From: Phoronis australis
Taxonomy: Eukaryota > Animalia > Phoronida
NCBI GenBank assembly: GCA_002633005.1
Contig: NMRA01000971.1
Location: forward strand, 32,433-85,018
Length of the DNA stretch: 52,586 nucleotides
Direction: 5' to 3'
Below the pieces are notes generated by a model. The model saw nothing but the letters and a program-made list of their open reading frames with translations, searched no databases and was not told the origin of the DNA. Made by a program: the position numbers and the translations under genes. Below are positions 11,601 through 24,258 of the stretch, piece by piece. Each line of letters starts with the position of its first letter. Positions within the stretch are counted from its first letter, which is position 1.

Positions 11601-12764
11601 TATTAATAGGTCACAGTTAATTACATAGCCTGTACACGCCGGAGACGAATATGAAACCAAGTGAGAAATGGATAACAAAAATCGAATTGGTATTTAAAGC
11701 ATGGCGCTAGCATGAGATCGAAACACTGAAATGTCAATTTTTTAATTGAATGAAGGAATTAGGGTAACGATTTATCTCTTTTCACAACTTGCAGTGTTCA
11801 TGACAACAAAGGCCTGAGGCGACTGTAGCTTTCGTTCTCAACGCCAACGGTCGTATGCAAAAAGCCATGTATACGCGCAACTCCCTTGGGATCAAAACTA
11901 CGTTTTGTCTTTGTTTTCCCCGGCACCATTCTACCATAAGTGCACCTCATTGACTCAATGTTATGGCGATTTTGTGAATGAAAGGACTGAGGGTATGCGA
12001 AGCTGCTCTGTACCTGGCGGGAGATTCGATTGGATTGAAAGCCTTTTGTTACCTTTGACCTCGGATAAGTAGTAAACAAATATCCACGCGGTTGTGCGGT
12101 TCCAAGGTGGTTCTGTTCAATCTTTTTTTTCTCGCTGCAGTATGTATTTTGTGTTTGAACTTCCCCGAGAATGAAGATAAGGTATTTTTCTAGACATATG
12201 TGAAATATTCTAAAAATGGCCATTTTTTGTGAATAAGGTTGGAGATAACCTTAAACAAGATTGAAAGAAGATTAAAAGAATAATCCATGTGGTATTGTTA
12301 ACTCTGATCAGTGTTTGTAAATCCACAGACTATATCAATATGCATGGTCGTTTATCTTCAATCGTACCCATTGTTTGTAGTAATTTTAGCTTATTTAAGT
12401 TAATCAATTTTTAAAATCCAAACCACACTTATTTGTTCTTTTCCAGCTGAAAACCTCCGTGTTGTTCGTTTTTAACAAAAATTATTGGTTAATGCATTTT
12501 GAAAATGCAGAGACGTTTACTACAGTTTACGGTCGGGTAATTACACTTCATTGAGTCTAATGCTCTCACCGGGCCCAGGCTGAATGCGGTCCACAACTGT
12601 ATCTGACTGCAGCGCCGCGCTCTCTTTGACCCTGGTAAATACCGCTCAAAAGGATGTGCGGTGAAAACTCCCGCTGCATATTTCCCCTCAAATGCAAATC
12701 CTATTTCCTCATCCACCCATAATTTTTTAGAGAAAATGTAAAAGTCTAAAAACTTATTTAGTTA

Positions 12765-12988
12765 GTGGTGTGGTGTCTTCGACACAGGGTTAGATGTGTA
12801 GTTAATGCTTGCACTTTCTAGATTTCAGCTTCTACGACCACCTAGTCCTCAGAGACGAATTAGGAAGGCATGTGTAAGACCTGCCTTGGTGGCCTTTAAC
12901 TACCTCTCATCAAGACTCTTGCAGTACCTCTTCGTGGCGCAACGTGGTAATTGGGCACCCTACGGCCCCAGGCTAAATTTTGCAAGAG
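12765..12988 (+). ncRNA. Candidate degenerate HDV-like self-cleaving ribozyme
   Basis: P2 CTCTTGCA(12916)/TGCAAGAG(12981); P3 ACC/GGC around L3 TCTTCGT; P1' GCAACGT + GG; P4 GGGC/GCCC; J4/2 GCTAA (C12973); imperfect P1 5' strand GTGGTGT at the element's apparent start. Confidence 0.55.
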
Positions 12989-13789
12989 ATCTCGGAAGAG
13001 ATTAGGCTCTTAAAGGTTCAACATGCATGACCCATCGGTGTATGGATATGCTCTGGCGTTCACCAACCTAATTCCCAGCTATGGGCAAATAGCACTCTTC
13101 ATTGGTTGGACTCAAGGCTTACTACCTTGCCTGGTAAAAAACTAGCTCTTGTGGCTGAGCGGACCTTAGTGCTTTTCAGATGCTCTCCACATCCCTTGAC
13201 TCAACAGTCAGAAGAACTGCAGAGAGTTGCAGGTGGAGCCGACCTCCCCATCAGAGCAGACGAAGTGTTTGTTAGATACCTTACTTGTCTTACGCACTCA
13301 ACGATCAGATGAGCAGGAGACGGATTGTCTTCATGGTCAGGGGTCCAGAAGAGGTCACTCCTGGCTGTCACATTGTGTCAGTGAACATACCGGTTTGTGG
13401 CAGTTTACCGATCCTAAGTCATCACCTCATCGGCGTTGGGTGGGCGTCAGGGGCCACACATGATGATGGGAGGGGTTCCTTAACCCTTATTGGTCAGTTG
13501 ACGCCCAAGCCTGGCAGCCCCAGGCCAGTGAGGAACTGACCCGCCGCGGATAGCCTGCCCCTTTGGGCGTATGGGGCTTAGAGGTTGTTACAACCTAGAC
13601 AGGCTTATCGTTACTCCATCGCCTGCTTCAGGACTTATTACAGAAGTAAACGTCCATACGGATGCAGGACGGCGTGACTGGAAAAGTGCAGCTGGACAGA
13701 ACATCTGCCGTGACGCCAGAAAGCGCGGACATAGAGAGAAACGCAAAGGTAAAAGAGCTGGAAAACGTGCCCGGCAACTCAAGTATGAA

Positions 13790-14492
13790 AGACTTCAACT
13801 CAACTGTCTCAGGATTGGTTACTGTAATATATGCGGCATCAAGCATAATACTGGAGAAAATCTGTGCGGGCTACGACATTCTCCTGTTTCAAGAAACCAA
13901 ACTCAAGGACCTAACAGACTTTGAGCTCGAGGGTTTCATTTTTCTTAGAGAGGGCATCGCCAATGGCCTGGCGTACGCAAGCAACAAAGAGCCACACCAT
14001 GGTAGAGCTTGTGGAACTCACAGTTTTACTACCACTGACAGGCAGCTACAGATCATTAGCGTCCTTGATCCTAGTTTCCGCGACCCATTCACTCTAGTCA
14101 ATCTGTATATACGGGGTAACTCCTCCCCTAGATGTGACCATTGGAATTTTCTCCACAATCTATTTCACATGTATACTGACATTCTTATTGTTGGTGACTT
14201 TAATGCTCAGCACTTCAGCTTTGTTGTCTACGATGTGAACCCGAATGGTAAAGGTCTTGCCGACTGCCTTCCAGAACTAGATTTATATATTCTCAACTCT
14301 AGTGAACCCACAAGGATGGCTGAGAGACTGGGTGACAAGGACTCCTGCATTGACCTTGGTCTGAGCAGCGACAGTCTTCGCGACCATGCTGAGTGGCGTA
14401 GGAGTTGTCAAGCTGGAAGTGATCACTACCTGCATGAGATTCAACTTCACCACCAATTAAAGGCTCCAGTAACAACTTGTAAACGACCCTAG
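13790..14492 (+). pseudogene. APE-type endonuclease of the LINE (frameshifted)
   Basis: LRIGYCNICG, DILLFQETKL, LVNLY, ILIVGDFNAQH, ILNSSEPTR, IDLGLSS, GSDH. Confidence 0.9.
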
Positions 14493-15299
14493 TACAATCA
14501 AACCGAAGGGGATGAAATCTGGAAATCAGTGTGCACACGCGCCAAAAGCTTACATAAGCACGCATGCCACCACAGGCGGCAGAATGCCCCTACTTATTGG
14601 TGGAATAAAGATGTTGACTCTACCTGGGCTAACAATTACTCTAAAGAGCGGGATTTTGATCGTGCACGCCAAAAGTGCACTCTGAAAGAGTTCACAATCA
14701 GAACAGCCAGAAACACGGCCACTGACTCTTCATTCTTTATGACTGACAAAAAGTTAAAATAGTTATGTAGTCAGTGCAAAAAAATTGTCCATAGATTCCA
14801 AAATCTTCAGTTTGGCTGTCACCCTATTTGCACTTTTGTGCATATTTCATGATTTGAGAAATAATGATTAAACTAGTAATGACACATGTAGTTTTGTTAT
14901 CTGTGAAATGTTTAGAGTAGCTGTAATCTGGAAATGTCAGGCATGGTATCGCAATTAACTAAACTAAGTTTCGCTGATCATCAAAATCTACCACTGTTTT
15001 GGTACTTCAAGTTTAAATATAAAAAAGATCAACATGTTCCCAGTACGAAAAAAGTTGAAATGAAATGACGTGCTTTTAACACCGGTCAAGTTTTTTATTT
15101 GTATTCGTGTACAGATAAATTTGGATTCCAGTTGAGAGAGATCATCTACAGGAAAGATACAATGCAATCCCTTTTCAAAGTATACTGTGTCTGTTCTGAA
15201 AGGCCAGACCATAGGGGGACACGTTACTCGCAAGATCAGCAAAACTGTTCTTTTTGAAGAACGGCAGAAGTTTGAAGTGCATTAAGTTAGGCTAAATAC

Positions 15300-15521
15300 T
15301 GACGTAGCGGCGACGCTCGTGGTCTACAAATTCCACGCACAATCATTTTTAGGACCGTGGATCTTATTGATAAATTGAAGACGTTATTGTAGAATTTTAG
15401 AACTGTAGGTAGGGCATTTTTTACATGTACACATTCATGGGCTGGGTGCTTATTTTATCAAAGTCTGAAATTGCGTGGGGGAGCTTATAGGGGCCTGGGT
15501 GGTTATTAAAGGTGAATATGG
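15300..15521 (+). mobile_element. Diverged right end of the Tc2/pogo-like family
   Basis: Aligns with 29830-30033 (GCTTATAGGGGC.TGGG.GGTTATTA...GAATA.GG) and is followed by TA. Confidence 0.75.
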
Positions 15522-15594
15522 TAGACTTCAATTGCACAAGTTATATGATATGGCATTCCAATTTAATGATGAAAAATTGATAGTCCTTGGTGCA

Positions 15595-18500
15595 TTATTA
15601 CTGTGCGCGTGTAAGCGCAGAGTACTGTTGTTCTTGGGTTTTTTTTTCAATTTTATTCTTATTACTCTGCACATGTATCTGCAGAGTACTGTTTTTCATG
15701 GGTTTTCTTCAATTTTATTCTTATTACTTTGCGCGTGTAAGCGCAGAGTACTGTTGTTCCTGGGTTTTCTTCAATTTTATTCTTATTCTTCTTATTACGG
15801 TCTTTTAAATTCAGCATATGACTTTTGACAGTATATAAATTTTGATTAGTTCTATAATCATATTCCATATTGCACCGGAAGAGGTCGTTTGGTGCAAAGG
15901 TCATATAATTTTCAAAATGCTACTCCTTCAGTTTTAAAGTTATCTTTTTCAAATTTGGTGCACAGGTATAAGTCAACATGACAATTTAAAAAATTACTTT
16001 TCTAAGTAATCGGGTCATCCAATCAGGTGAAATAGGTCAAAAATCATTAGGTGCAAACTAAAATTTTGAGCTAGACACTTCAAATTGACAGGTCTGATTG
16101 GCACAGGTAATTCAATTTGAAATCCAAAGTTTCAGGTCTTTTTAGTGCAAACATGGGGTCATTAGGTGCATTTTTCTTCTGAAATTTTGACCTTTTCAAT
16201 CAACAAGTATTCTGATGTGTCAACCGTTAGACAACTGTGATTCTCAGAATTAAACACATTTTTTATGGGCTTTGCAATAATTCTCCTAAAGACGCTTATA
16301 ATGCACCAGATAGGGTCAATTAGTGCAAAGGTCATGTAACGTTCAAAATGTTATATCTCTTACGTTTTTCAAGGAATTCTTTTCAATTTCAGCACACTGG
16401 TGTAAATCAACATGCCATTTGAATACCCTACTTTACTTCGCAATAGGCCTAACCAATGAGAAAAAATAGGTCAAAGGTCATTGAGTGCAAACTAAAAGTA
16501 TGAGCTAGAGACTTCAAAATTACATATCTGTTTACTAAGTGCGATTGAGTTTGAATTCTAAATGTTGAGGTCATTAGGTGCATTTTTCTTCTGAAAGTTT
16601 GACCAAAACATTCATCTTGTATTCTGAAGTGCTTAAAGTAAAACATCTGTGATTTTTAGCATTAACCACACTTGTAATCGAGTTAGCAATTACTCCCTCA
16701 TCGGGGCTCATAATGCACTGGAAGAGGTCAATTAGTGGAAAGGCCATCAAAAAATTAATATGTAATTTCTCCTTCAATTTTAAGGAATTCCTTTTCATAT
16801 TGGTAAACAGGTTGCTGTCAGTAACTTCCCATAATAATTCCAGTAATACGCACGCGCAGAGTCCGTTATTGTCAGGCCGTGACAATCTTTCTAGTTTCTC
16901 TGCGCGTGTAAGCGCAGAGTACTGTTGTTCCTGGATTTTCTTCAATTTTATTCTTATTCTTATTCTTATTCTTCTTATTCTTCTTCCGACCAACTTTGAG
17001 GCTTAATAACTCCAAATTAGGTGCACGTATGGTCTTTAAATTCAGCATATGACTTTTGACAGTATATAAATTTTGATTGGTTATATAGTCATATTCCATG
17101 TTGCACCGGAAGAGGTCGTTTGGTGCAAAGGTCATATAATTTTCAAAATGCTACTCCTCCTTCAGTTTTAAAGCTAACTTTTTCAAATTCGGTGCACAGG
17201 TATAAGTCAAGATGACAATTTAAAAAATTACTTTTCTAAGTAATCGGGTCATCCAATCAGGTGAATAGGTCAAAGGTCATTAGGTGCAAATTGAAATTTT
17301 GAGCTAGACACTTCAAATTGACAGGCCTGATTGTCACAGGTAAATCAAATTGGATTCCAAAGTTTCAGGTCATTTAGTGCAAACATGGGGTCATTAGGTG
17401 CATTTTTCTTCTGAAAATTTGACCTTTTTAATCAGCAAGTATTCTGATGTGTCAACCGTTAGACAACTGTGATTCTCAGCGTTAAACACATTTTCCATGG
17501 GCTTTGAAAAAATTCTCCTAAAGATGCTTAAAATGCACCGGATAAGGTCAATTAGTGCAAAGGTCATGTAACGTTCAAAATGTTATATCTCTTACGTTTT
17601 TCAAGGAATTCTTTTCAATTTCAGCACACTAGTGTAAGTCAGCATGCCAATTGAACAATCTACTTAACTATGCATCAGGCCTAACCAATCAGAAAAAATA
17701 GGTCAAAGGTCATTGAGTGCAAAATTAATATTTTTAGCTAGAGACTTCAAAATTACATATATGTTTACTAAATGCGATTGAGTTTGAATTTTAAATTTTT
17801 GGGTCATTTGGTGCACTCATGGGGTCACTAGGTGCATTTTTCTTTTGAAAGTTTGACTAATTCTTTCATGTTGTATTCTTAACTGCTTAAAGTCAAACAT
17901 CTGTGATTCTTAGAATTAATCACACTTTAGATTGGTTTTACCATTATTCCCTCATCCGGGTTCATAATGCACCGGAAGAGGTCAGTTAGTGGAAAGGTCA
18001 TCAAAATAATAACATGTAATTTCTCGTACAATTTTAAAGAATTCCTTTTCATATCGGTAAACGGGTTGCTGTCAGTAACTTCCCAAAACAATTCCAGTAA
18101 TACGCACGCGCAGAGTCCATTATTGTCACGCCGTGACATTAATCTTTCTAGTTCTTCTGATTCTTCTTTCGACCAACTTTGAGGCTTAAAAACTCCAAAT
18201 TGGGTGCAGGTACGGTCTTTAAATTCAGCATATCACTTTTGACAGTATATAAATTTTGATTGGTTGTATAATCATATTCCATATTGCACCAGAAGAGGTC
18301 GTTTGGTGTAGAGGTCATATAATTTTCAAAATGCTACTCCTCCTTCACTTTTAAAGCCATCTTTTTCAAATTCGGTGCATATGTATAAGTCAACAATAAA
18401 ATTACTTTTCTAAGTAATCGGGTCATCCAATCAGGTGAAATAGGTCAAAGGTCATTAGGTGCAAACTAAAATTTTGAGCTAGACACTTCAAATTGACAGG

Positions 18501-19325
18501 TCTGATTGCCACAGGTAAATCAAATCGGAATCCAAAGTTTCAGGTCATTTAGTGCAAACATGGGGTCATTATGTGCATTTTTCTTCTGAAAAATTGACCT
18601 TTTCAGTCAGCAAGTATTCTGATGTGTCAACTGTTAGACAACTGTGATTCTCAGCGTTAAACACATTTTTCATGGGCTCTGCAATAATTCTCCTAAAGAT
18701 GCTTAAAATGCACCGGATAAGGTCAATTAGTGCAAAGGTCATGTAACGTTCAAAATGATATATCTTACGTTTTTCAAGGAATTCTTTTCAATTTCAGCAC
18801 ACTGGTGTAAGTCATTATGCCAATTGAATACCCTACTTTGCTTCACAAAAGGCCTAACCAATCAGAAAAAATAGGTCCAAGGTCATTGAGTGCAAACTAA
18901 AATTTTGAGTTAGAGACTTCAGAATTACGTATCTGTTTACTAAGTGTGATTGAAATTGAATTCTAAATTTTCAGATCATTTGGTGCAACCATGGGGTCAT
19001 TAGGTGCATTTTTCTTCTGAAAGTTTGACCACTTCAATCATCCTGTATTCTGAAGTGCTTTAAGTGAAACATCTGTGATTATTAGCAGTAATCACTCTTT
19101 TAATGAAGTTAACAATTATTCCCTCATCGGGGCTCATAATGCACCAAAAGAGGTCAATTAGTGGAAAGGTCATCAAAAAATTAATATGTAATTTCTCCTA
19201 CAATTTTAAAGAATTCCTTTTCATTTTGGTAAACGGGTTGCTGTCAGTAACTTCCCATAATAATTCCAGTAATACGCACGCGTAGAGTCCGTTATTGTCA
19301 CGCCGTGACAATAATCTTTCTAGTT
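15595..19325 (+). mobile_element. Three head-to-tail ~1.2-kb Helentron-associated (HINE/DINE-1-like) units
   Basis: 5' subterminal IR ACTCTGCGCGTG with partial IR CGCAGAGT, (TTATTC)n microsatellite, internal GGTCA..AG(G)TGCA subrepeats, 3' CACGCGCAGAGT plus hairpin ATTGTCAC-GCC-GTGACAAT and CTAGTT. Unit ends at ~16896, ~18153 and ~19325. Confidence 0.8.
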
Positions 19326-19630
19326 ACCTTCTTGTTGTGCCGCCTCGTATTCAAGCTGGGTTGTTTTCAATTCACCAAGAATCGTTTCCAATTCCTTGAT
19401 TGTGGTTGGCAGTCTTTTTATTTCATCGTCTTGCTGCAAGATTTTCTCCTGCAATCAGTAATTCAACCCATTTGTGTGTTTTTGCAACAGTGCTAAATAC
19501 AAAATTCCATACTGTGTTTTCTCATTTAATTTGTACACTCTATTAGTTCATACAGGACCCTTGAAACATGCCATTTGTCTCCAATAGTTCATACAGTAGG
19601 CGTCCAAGGGAAAAATAGTTCGTACACATA

Positions 19631-19733
19631 CTGTACTCGTCCGGGTTACCGCCCATGATCGGCTTACTGCCAACTCCCTGTTCTTTTAGATTCCCAATTT
19701 AAGCGCCCAGGGCAGTAACCCGAACGAGTATGA
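19631..19733. mobile_element. ~100-bp Tc2-like mini-MITE
   Basis: Inverted repeats TACTCGTCCGGGTTACCGCCC (19634-19654) / GGGCAGTAACCCGAACGAGTA (19710-19730), TA on both sides; resembles the terminus at 638-662. Confidence 0.6.
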
Positions 19734-20377
19734 TATTTGCGTCGGAAAAAATAATTCGTACAAGCTTCTTGGATCGGTAAAATGGATGTTTCGATTCTTA
19801 TACAAGAAGACATTCAAATCAATTAGCACCAATTCTAGTCAGGTGATCAAAATCTGTTATTTTCTTTACTACGCTAGAGCTCGGAAAGTCGTTTTTCAGA
19901 TCGCCATTTTTGGTGACCGAAAATGTGGAAACAGCGATAAGATTTTCCAGTGTGTCGCCAAATTGTGGTAAAAATTTCATAACAGCGGATTTTCCCAACA
20001 AGGTTCTGTTACCTTCAGATTAGTACTACACGAATAAATTTACAAAAGTGCAGAGTAACAGTACCGTGCCTTGCTAGAGCTGATTCCGGTGACTGTAGTG
20101 CGCAGACGACAAATGAATATATAGTGCTCTAATTTGATTGCAATTATTTTCACGTGGTGAAGTGCGCGCGTGCAATCTTCACGTGTTGCAGAGGTTACAT
20201 CATAAGGATTAAATTGATGGTCACAGTGGTCCCGTGACTTGAGTAGAACTATGTACGTATTGGCTGTAAATTCTGAGTTCAGAGAGTAATTAATGAGTTG
20301 TTTGACGAAATAAATGTTTGAAAAACTCAGATGTTTTTTATGGTTAGGAATGTTAATGTTATAGACTCCGCAACCCA

Positions 20378-22610
20378 ATGAATTGTCAACATAAAGTTTA
20401 GTGCGGCTGTCTTATCTCTAACACCCGCCACGGCTAACTTTAGTTGCCATTGCATGGAACACGCTTTTTGCGCTAAGAAATTGTACCGTAATAGCATTTC
20501 TTACTATTGCAGTCATTTATTTTCTTATTACCGCAAACATTTACGTAAAGTTTTCGTCTATAACACCTTTGATTCTTTAGGAAATTCGATGAGCGCCTAC
20601 TGCTCTACTAAGCTAAGTTTCGAGAAATTTCAATTAAACACCTGGGCCCGGTCTCCAATCTCCGTACTCAGACTCATACTCATACTCGAGATTTCATACT
20701 CAAAATCGTGCTCACTGGAGTCGTACTCAAAAAAGCGTATCTAATGTCGTATTTCGAGTAGACTCCAAACGTACTCAAATCTGACACTCATACTCGAGTT
20801 GCTATGGAACTCTTTATGATGTGAAATGCAAAATCACGCAAAGCCGCGCTGATTCATCGCTCCCTATTGGAATAGACCACCCCAGGAACTAGGCCTACAT
20901 TATCGTCTGCTGTCGCTACAACTACAAGAGTATGTCTATAACGTGGAATTCTGAGTGTTCTGTAACTGTTATTCAATTTTTAGTTTCAATAAATATTCTT
21001 ATGCCATTTCTTTGATACATTTGGCAATTATTAAGCTTTACTTCTTGAGTTCCTCACCCAGTCCCGAAAATGTCTTAAGAAATATGTAACAGCTTATCAC
21101 ATCACATCTCTGTTGCTAATTTAGTCTTGACATAAAACCCATTGCTGTGTAGGCCTACGCTGATGTCAAACTTTGATACTGTATCTTTGTATTTTACCGG
21201 GATGTATCAAGTGAGTTGACATTTGGCACGTGAGTTAAAAAACAATACTTGTGCAGGCATTCAGAGTTCACCAGTGGCAGTGAACGGGACGAGACGTCTA
21301 CTTAGAAATCGGCAAACAAAATCTGGAATTCCATTTGGGGATTGAGGAATTATAGATGACTAAGTTATGATGAGAAATGTACCTGACAGGGAAGCGAACT
21401 TTTTTTAACTTCCCTCCCCTCCTCGTCTTTTGGAAACCCTACAAAACGTAGGCACACATACCGAAATAAGGGCAGCACAAACTTCTCACACGACTTTTCC
21501 CACAACTGCTTTCGACGCTTGTTATGACTCGCCGACAAGGGATTACAATGCGCCTGTTGCCAGGAATTGTAGAGGTAGAATGGCGGCCATAACATACAGT
21601 GATACGGCGGGTTAATAAGGTGAAGAATAAGAAGATTTAAGATGAAAACTATTATCTCTGAACTGAAATTGAAGTGCTGAGATACGGTAAGAGGACTTAT
21701 TTTTTTAGATTTGCTGTGTTTCTTGGTTCCCTTTCGATATTTTGTTCTCTGGCTCGTATTTATTTTCGAGTACGATTTCAAGCACACTGCCATACCAAAC
21801 TTGAAATTTGAGCATAGACTCCGAATTTTTACTCAAAATCGTACTCGAAATATAGATGAGATACACTTCAGTTCGAGTACACTCGAAAACTGAGTACGTG
21901 CTCGAAATTTCGAGTACAGATTTTTCGAGTATGACATTGAATACACCAAAGCTGAGTCTGTACTCGAGTTGAGTATGAAGTGTGAGTTTGAGCATGATTC
22001 GAGTCTGAGTACGGAGATTGGAGACCGGGCCCAGGTCACGCAGCAAGAACTGCCAGCGACATTGGTAAAATCTGCAAACGCAAAACCTGACTTGCATTTT
22101 TATTATTTAAAGATTACGCACAAATACCCAGGTAACATAGGCAGCAAATTAACCCTGTGAGGCACACTGTCCTTTCCGTCGCCACGGCATCCTCGGTAAA
22201 CCGGCAAAATTTTGTAACATTTCCAGAAAACTACGTCAGGGGAATATCATCAAAATAGGTAAAATTTGATACCTTTCCGTGAGGTATGAGAATTGTTCAT
22301 AATCCGAGACCTTCCCTTCTAAATCGAATTGGGAGTGTTGGCAAAACCACCGTCACATTTTTGTGGCCTGATTTTTTCAAATACATGTTTTGTCTAGTGC
22401 AGGGCAGTCGAACATCGCAGAAAGCGGAGGTTCCGAAGGCGGCGTGGTTCCTGAAGTTTGCCAACATGGGAAGAAAATAAAGCGACAAACAGTTGATGTA
22501 TTATATTTTGAAGTAAATGCATCACCCGGGAAAATAATTTGTTACCTTTTTCTATAATTCCCATTGCCAAACCGCCGTCTCGGAGGCCGTCGTTGCACTC
22601 GTTGTTATCT
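20378..22610 (+). repeat. Diverged copy of the composite host repeat, interrupted by a MITE
   Basis: 20378-20465 matches 36538-36630; 20597-20642 matches 40630-40683; 22040-22400 matches 1270-1680 in reverse; 22500-22610 matches 320-430. Confidence 0.7.
20645..22031. mobile_element. PIF/Harbinger-like MITE
   Basis: Perfect ~31-bp TIR GGCCCGGTCTCCAATCTCCGTACTCAGACTC, many subterminal TACTC/GAGTA repeats, flanks CTG and CAG (CWG-type target). Confidence 0.75.
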
Positions 22611-23971
22611 CTAATTATTCGAATACTAGACTTTCTTTAATATTTCGTATGGCCAATTTTGTCTCTATTAATTTTTACACGAAGCTCTACTACGTATACA
22701 GTGAATGTGCAGCCTAGCTAATTTCACACCAATGTATAAAATAAACGTATTGTCTGATTATATGGTTTTACACATGCATGAGTGTTTTTAGCTAAGCTCT
22801 AAACCTAAAATTGTTTTTATCTAGGAGTGTCCCAACTCGACTGACCAATTTATGCCATAAAAATGAACTCATTTGCAATGCGGTGATATCTTGTTGCCAT
22901 GTGCTATAGCTTGTTGTCACATGATGTCATTATGATATGCCACGTATACCATTGCTGGTTAAGTGACAACTTTTCTACAATTATATCATGTTTCATTTCA
23001 TAGTAAATTGATAAGAAATTAAATTTGTGAAATTTACAACTTAAAACAATGAACCATTCAAAGTTCGTCGGAATTAACTTATAGAAACAATCCATATGAT
23101 AATGATGACTTAACAGATACAGGGAAGTGACCTGAGTTACCAGCCATTCCACTAGATTAAGGTCTTGAGAAGTTAGACTGAAACCTAGTGGTTTCAAAAA
23201 CTTTCATGACTGCAACAGCTAACTTTCCATTTCTGATATTCTAATGAATTTGGCGGTATGAACATTCATTCTACGGTGGAAACTGTTTGATGAGGTGGCT
23301 GATTCATGGAACTTGAACGAAGGACTTGCAAGAAATAGAATCATTGAGGAACTCTGTAAGCATACGATTGCGTCTCGTTAAAAATTGTAATTTCCTGTAG
23401 ATCTTTTGTTTGATTTGAATTACGTTTCCTCCAATTTTGTTGGGGATGTCATGTGGGCAATTGAGCTATTTCTGTCATGACCCAGATAGTGAGGCCAAAA
23501 AATAGTGGCCTGATAACTGTTCGTCCAAATTTTCATCGTTGAATCCTTGCTGAAAGTAAAGTATTGTTTGGAGCAGTAAAACTGCTATTTCAGGAACAAT
23601 GTTTAGAATGAATGTTTGGGGTATCCCAAATGAATAAAATCAATCTAATTTGCCACCATACATGTGACTATGCTTAACCACTAAGGAGTCTACTAATACA
23701 CCAATCGTGGAATATGGTCTCAAGTCTCAACCACTAAATCTTTGCTCCACTTTCCGGTATACACTGGCGTATTTCATGATGTTTTTCATGGGTGCACAGG
23801 TATAAGATGAAAACAAACACATCATGAGGTCACAACTGTATAGTACAGAATCATATCGCACAACATTCGTCATTACCTGATCCTTCACTTGCTTGGTGAT
23901 TTTAGTGTTCTCCAGTTCCAACTGTTCAATTATCCGAGCCTGCAATTGAATTGGATAAGTTCAAAAATAAC

Positions 23972-24258
23972 TTTATGATTGACATATGTCCCGAATGATA
24001 TATGGTAGTTCGTGCGTCGCAAGCTTGTTACCAGAGATGAAACCAAGACCTGGGTAGGCAATATAAGGTCATTTATTATAACTAATACAATAACAAGTAA
24101 GGTCATTTATATGACAAATACAATTATAAGCAAGGTAGTTATATGACTCATACAATTACCAGTAATAGTTAGTGACTAAACATAAATAAGGTAAAAAATA
24201 CTAATCTTTGGTAAGATAGGCAAATGAAAAGCGCCACAAGAGATGTAGTAAGACAGCT
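23972..24258 (-). mobile_element. Solo B repeat plus short leader of the Ngaro-like family
   Basis: Reverse match to 8565-8770 (GTTACCAGAGATGAAA, AGGTCATTTATTAT, AAAAGCGCCACAAGAGATGT); the hairpin motif is triplicated here. Confidence 0.75.

Larger units (their letters stand above)
12765..14745 (+). mobile_element. 5' portion of a non-LTR retrotransposon (Ingi/I-group-like), 3'-truncated
   Basis: GC-richer block with a long leader followed directly by an APE endonuclease and the post-APE WWNKDV motif; no RT before AT-rich sequence resumes. Confidence 0.8.

Noticed and set aside
11798-12223. 141-aa minus-strand ORF
   Set aside because: No recognisable domain and it lies among decayed repeats.
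16872-17135. 2A-like peptide (KIEENPGT) in minus-strand ORFs
   Set aside because: Lacks the conserved D and final P of D(V/I)ExNPGP and arises from translating a HINE microsatellite head.
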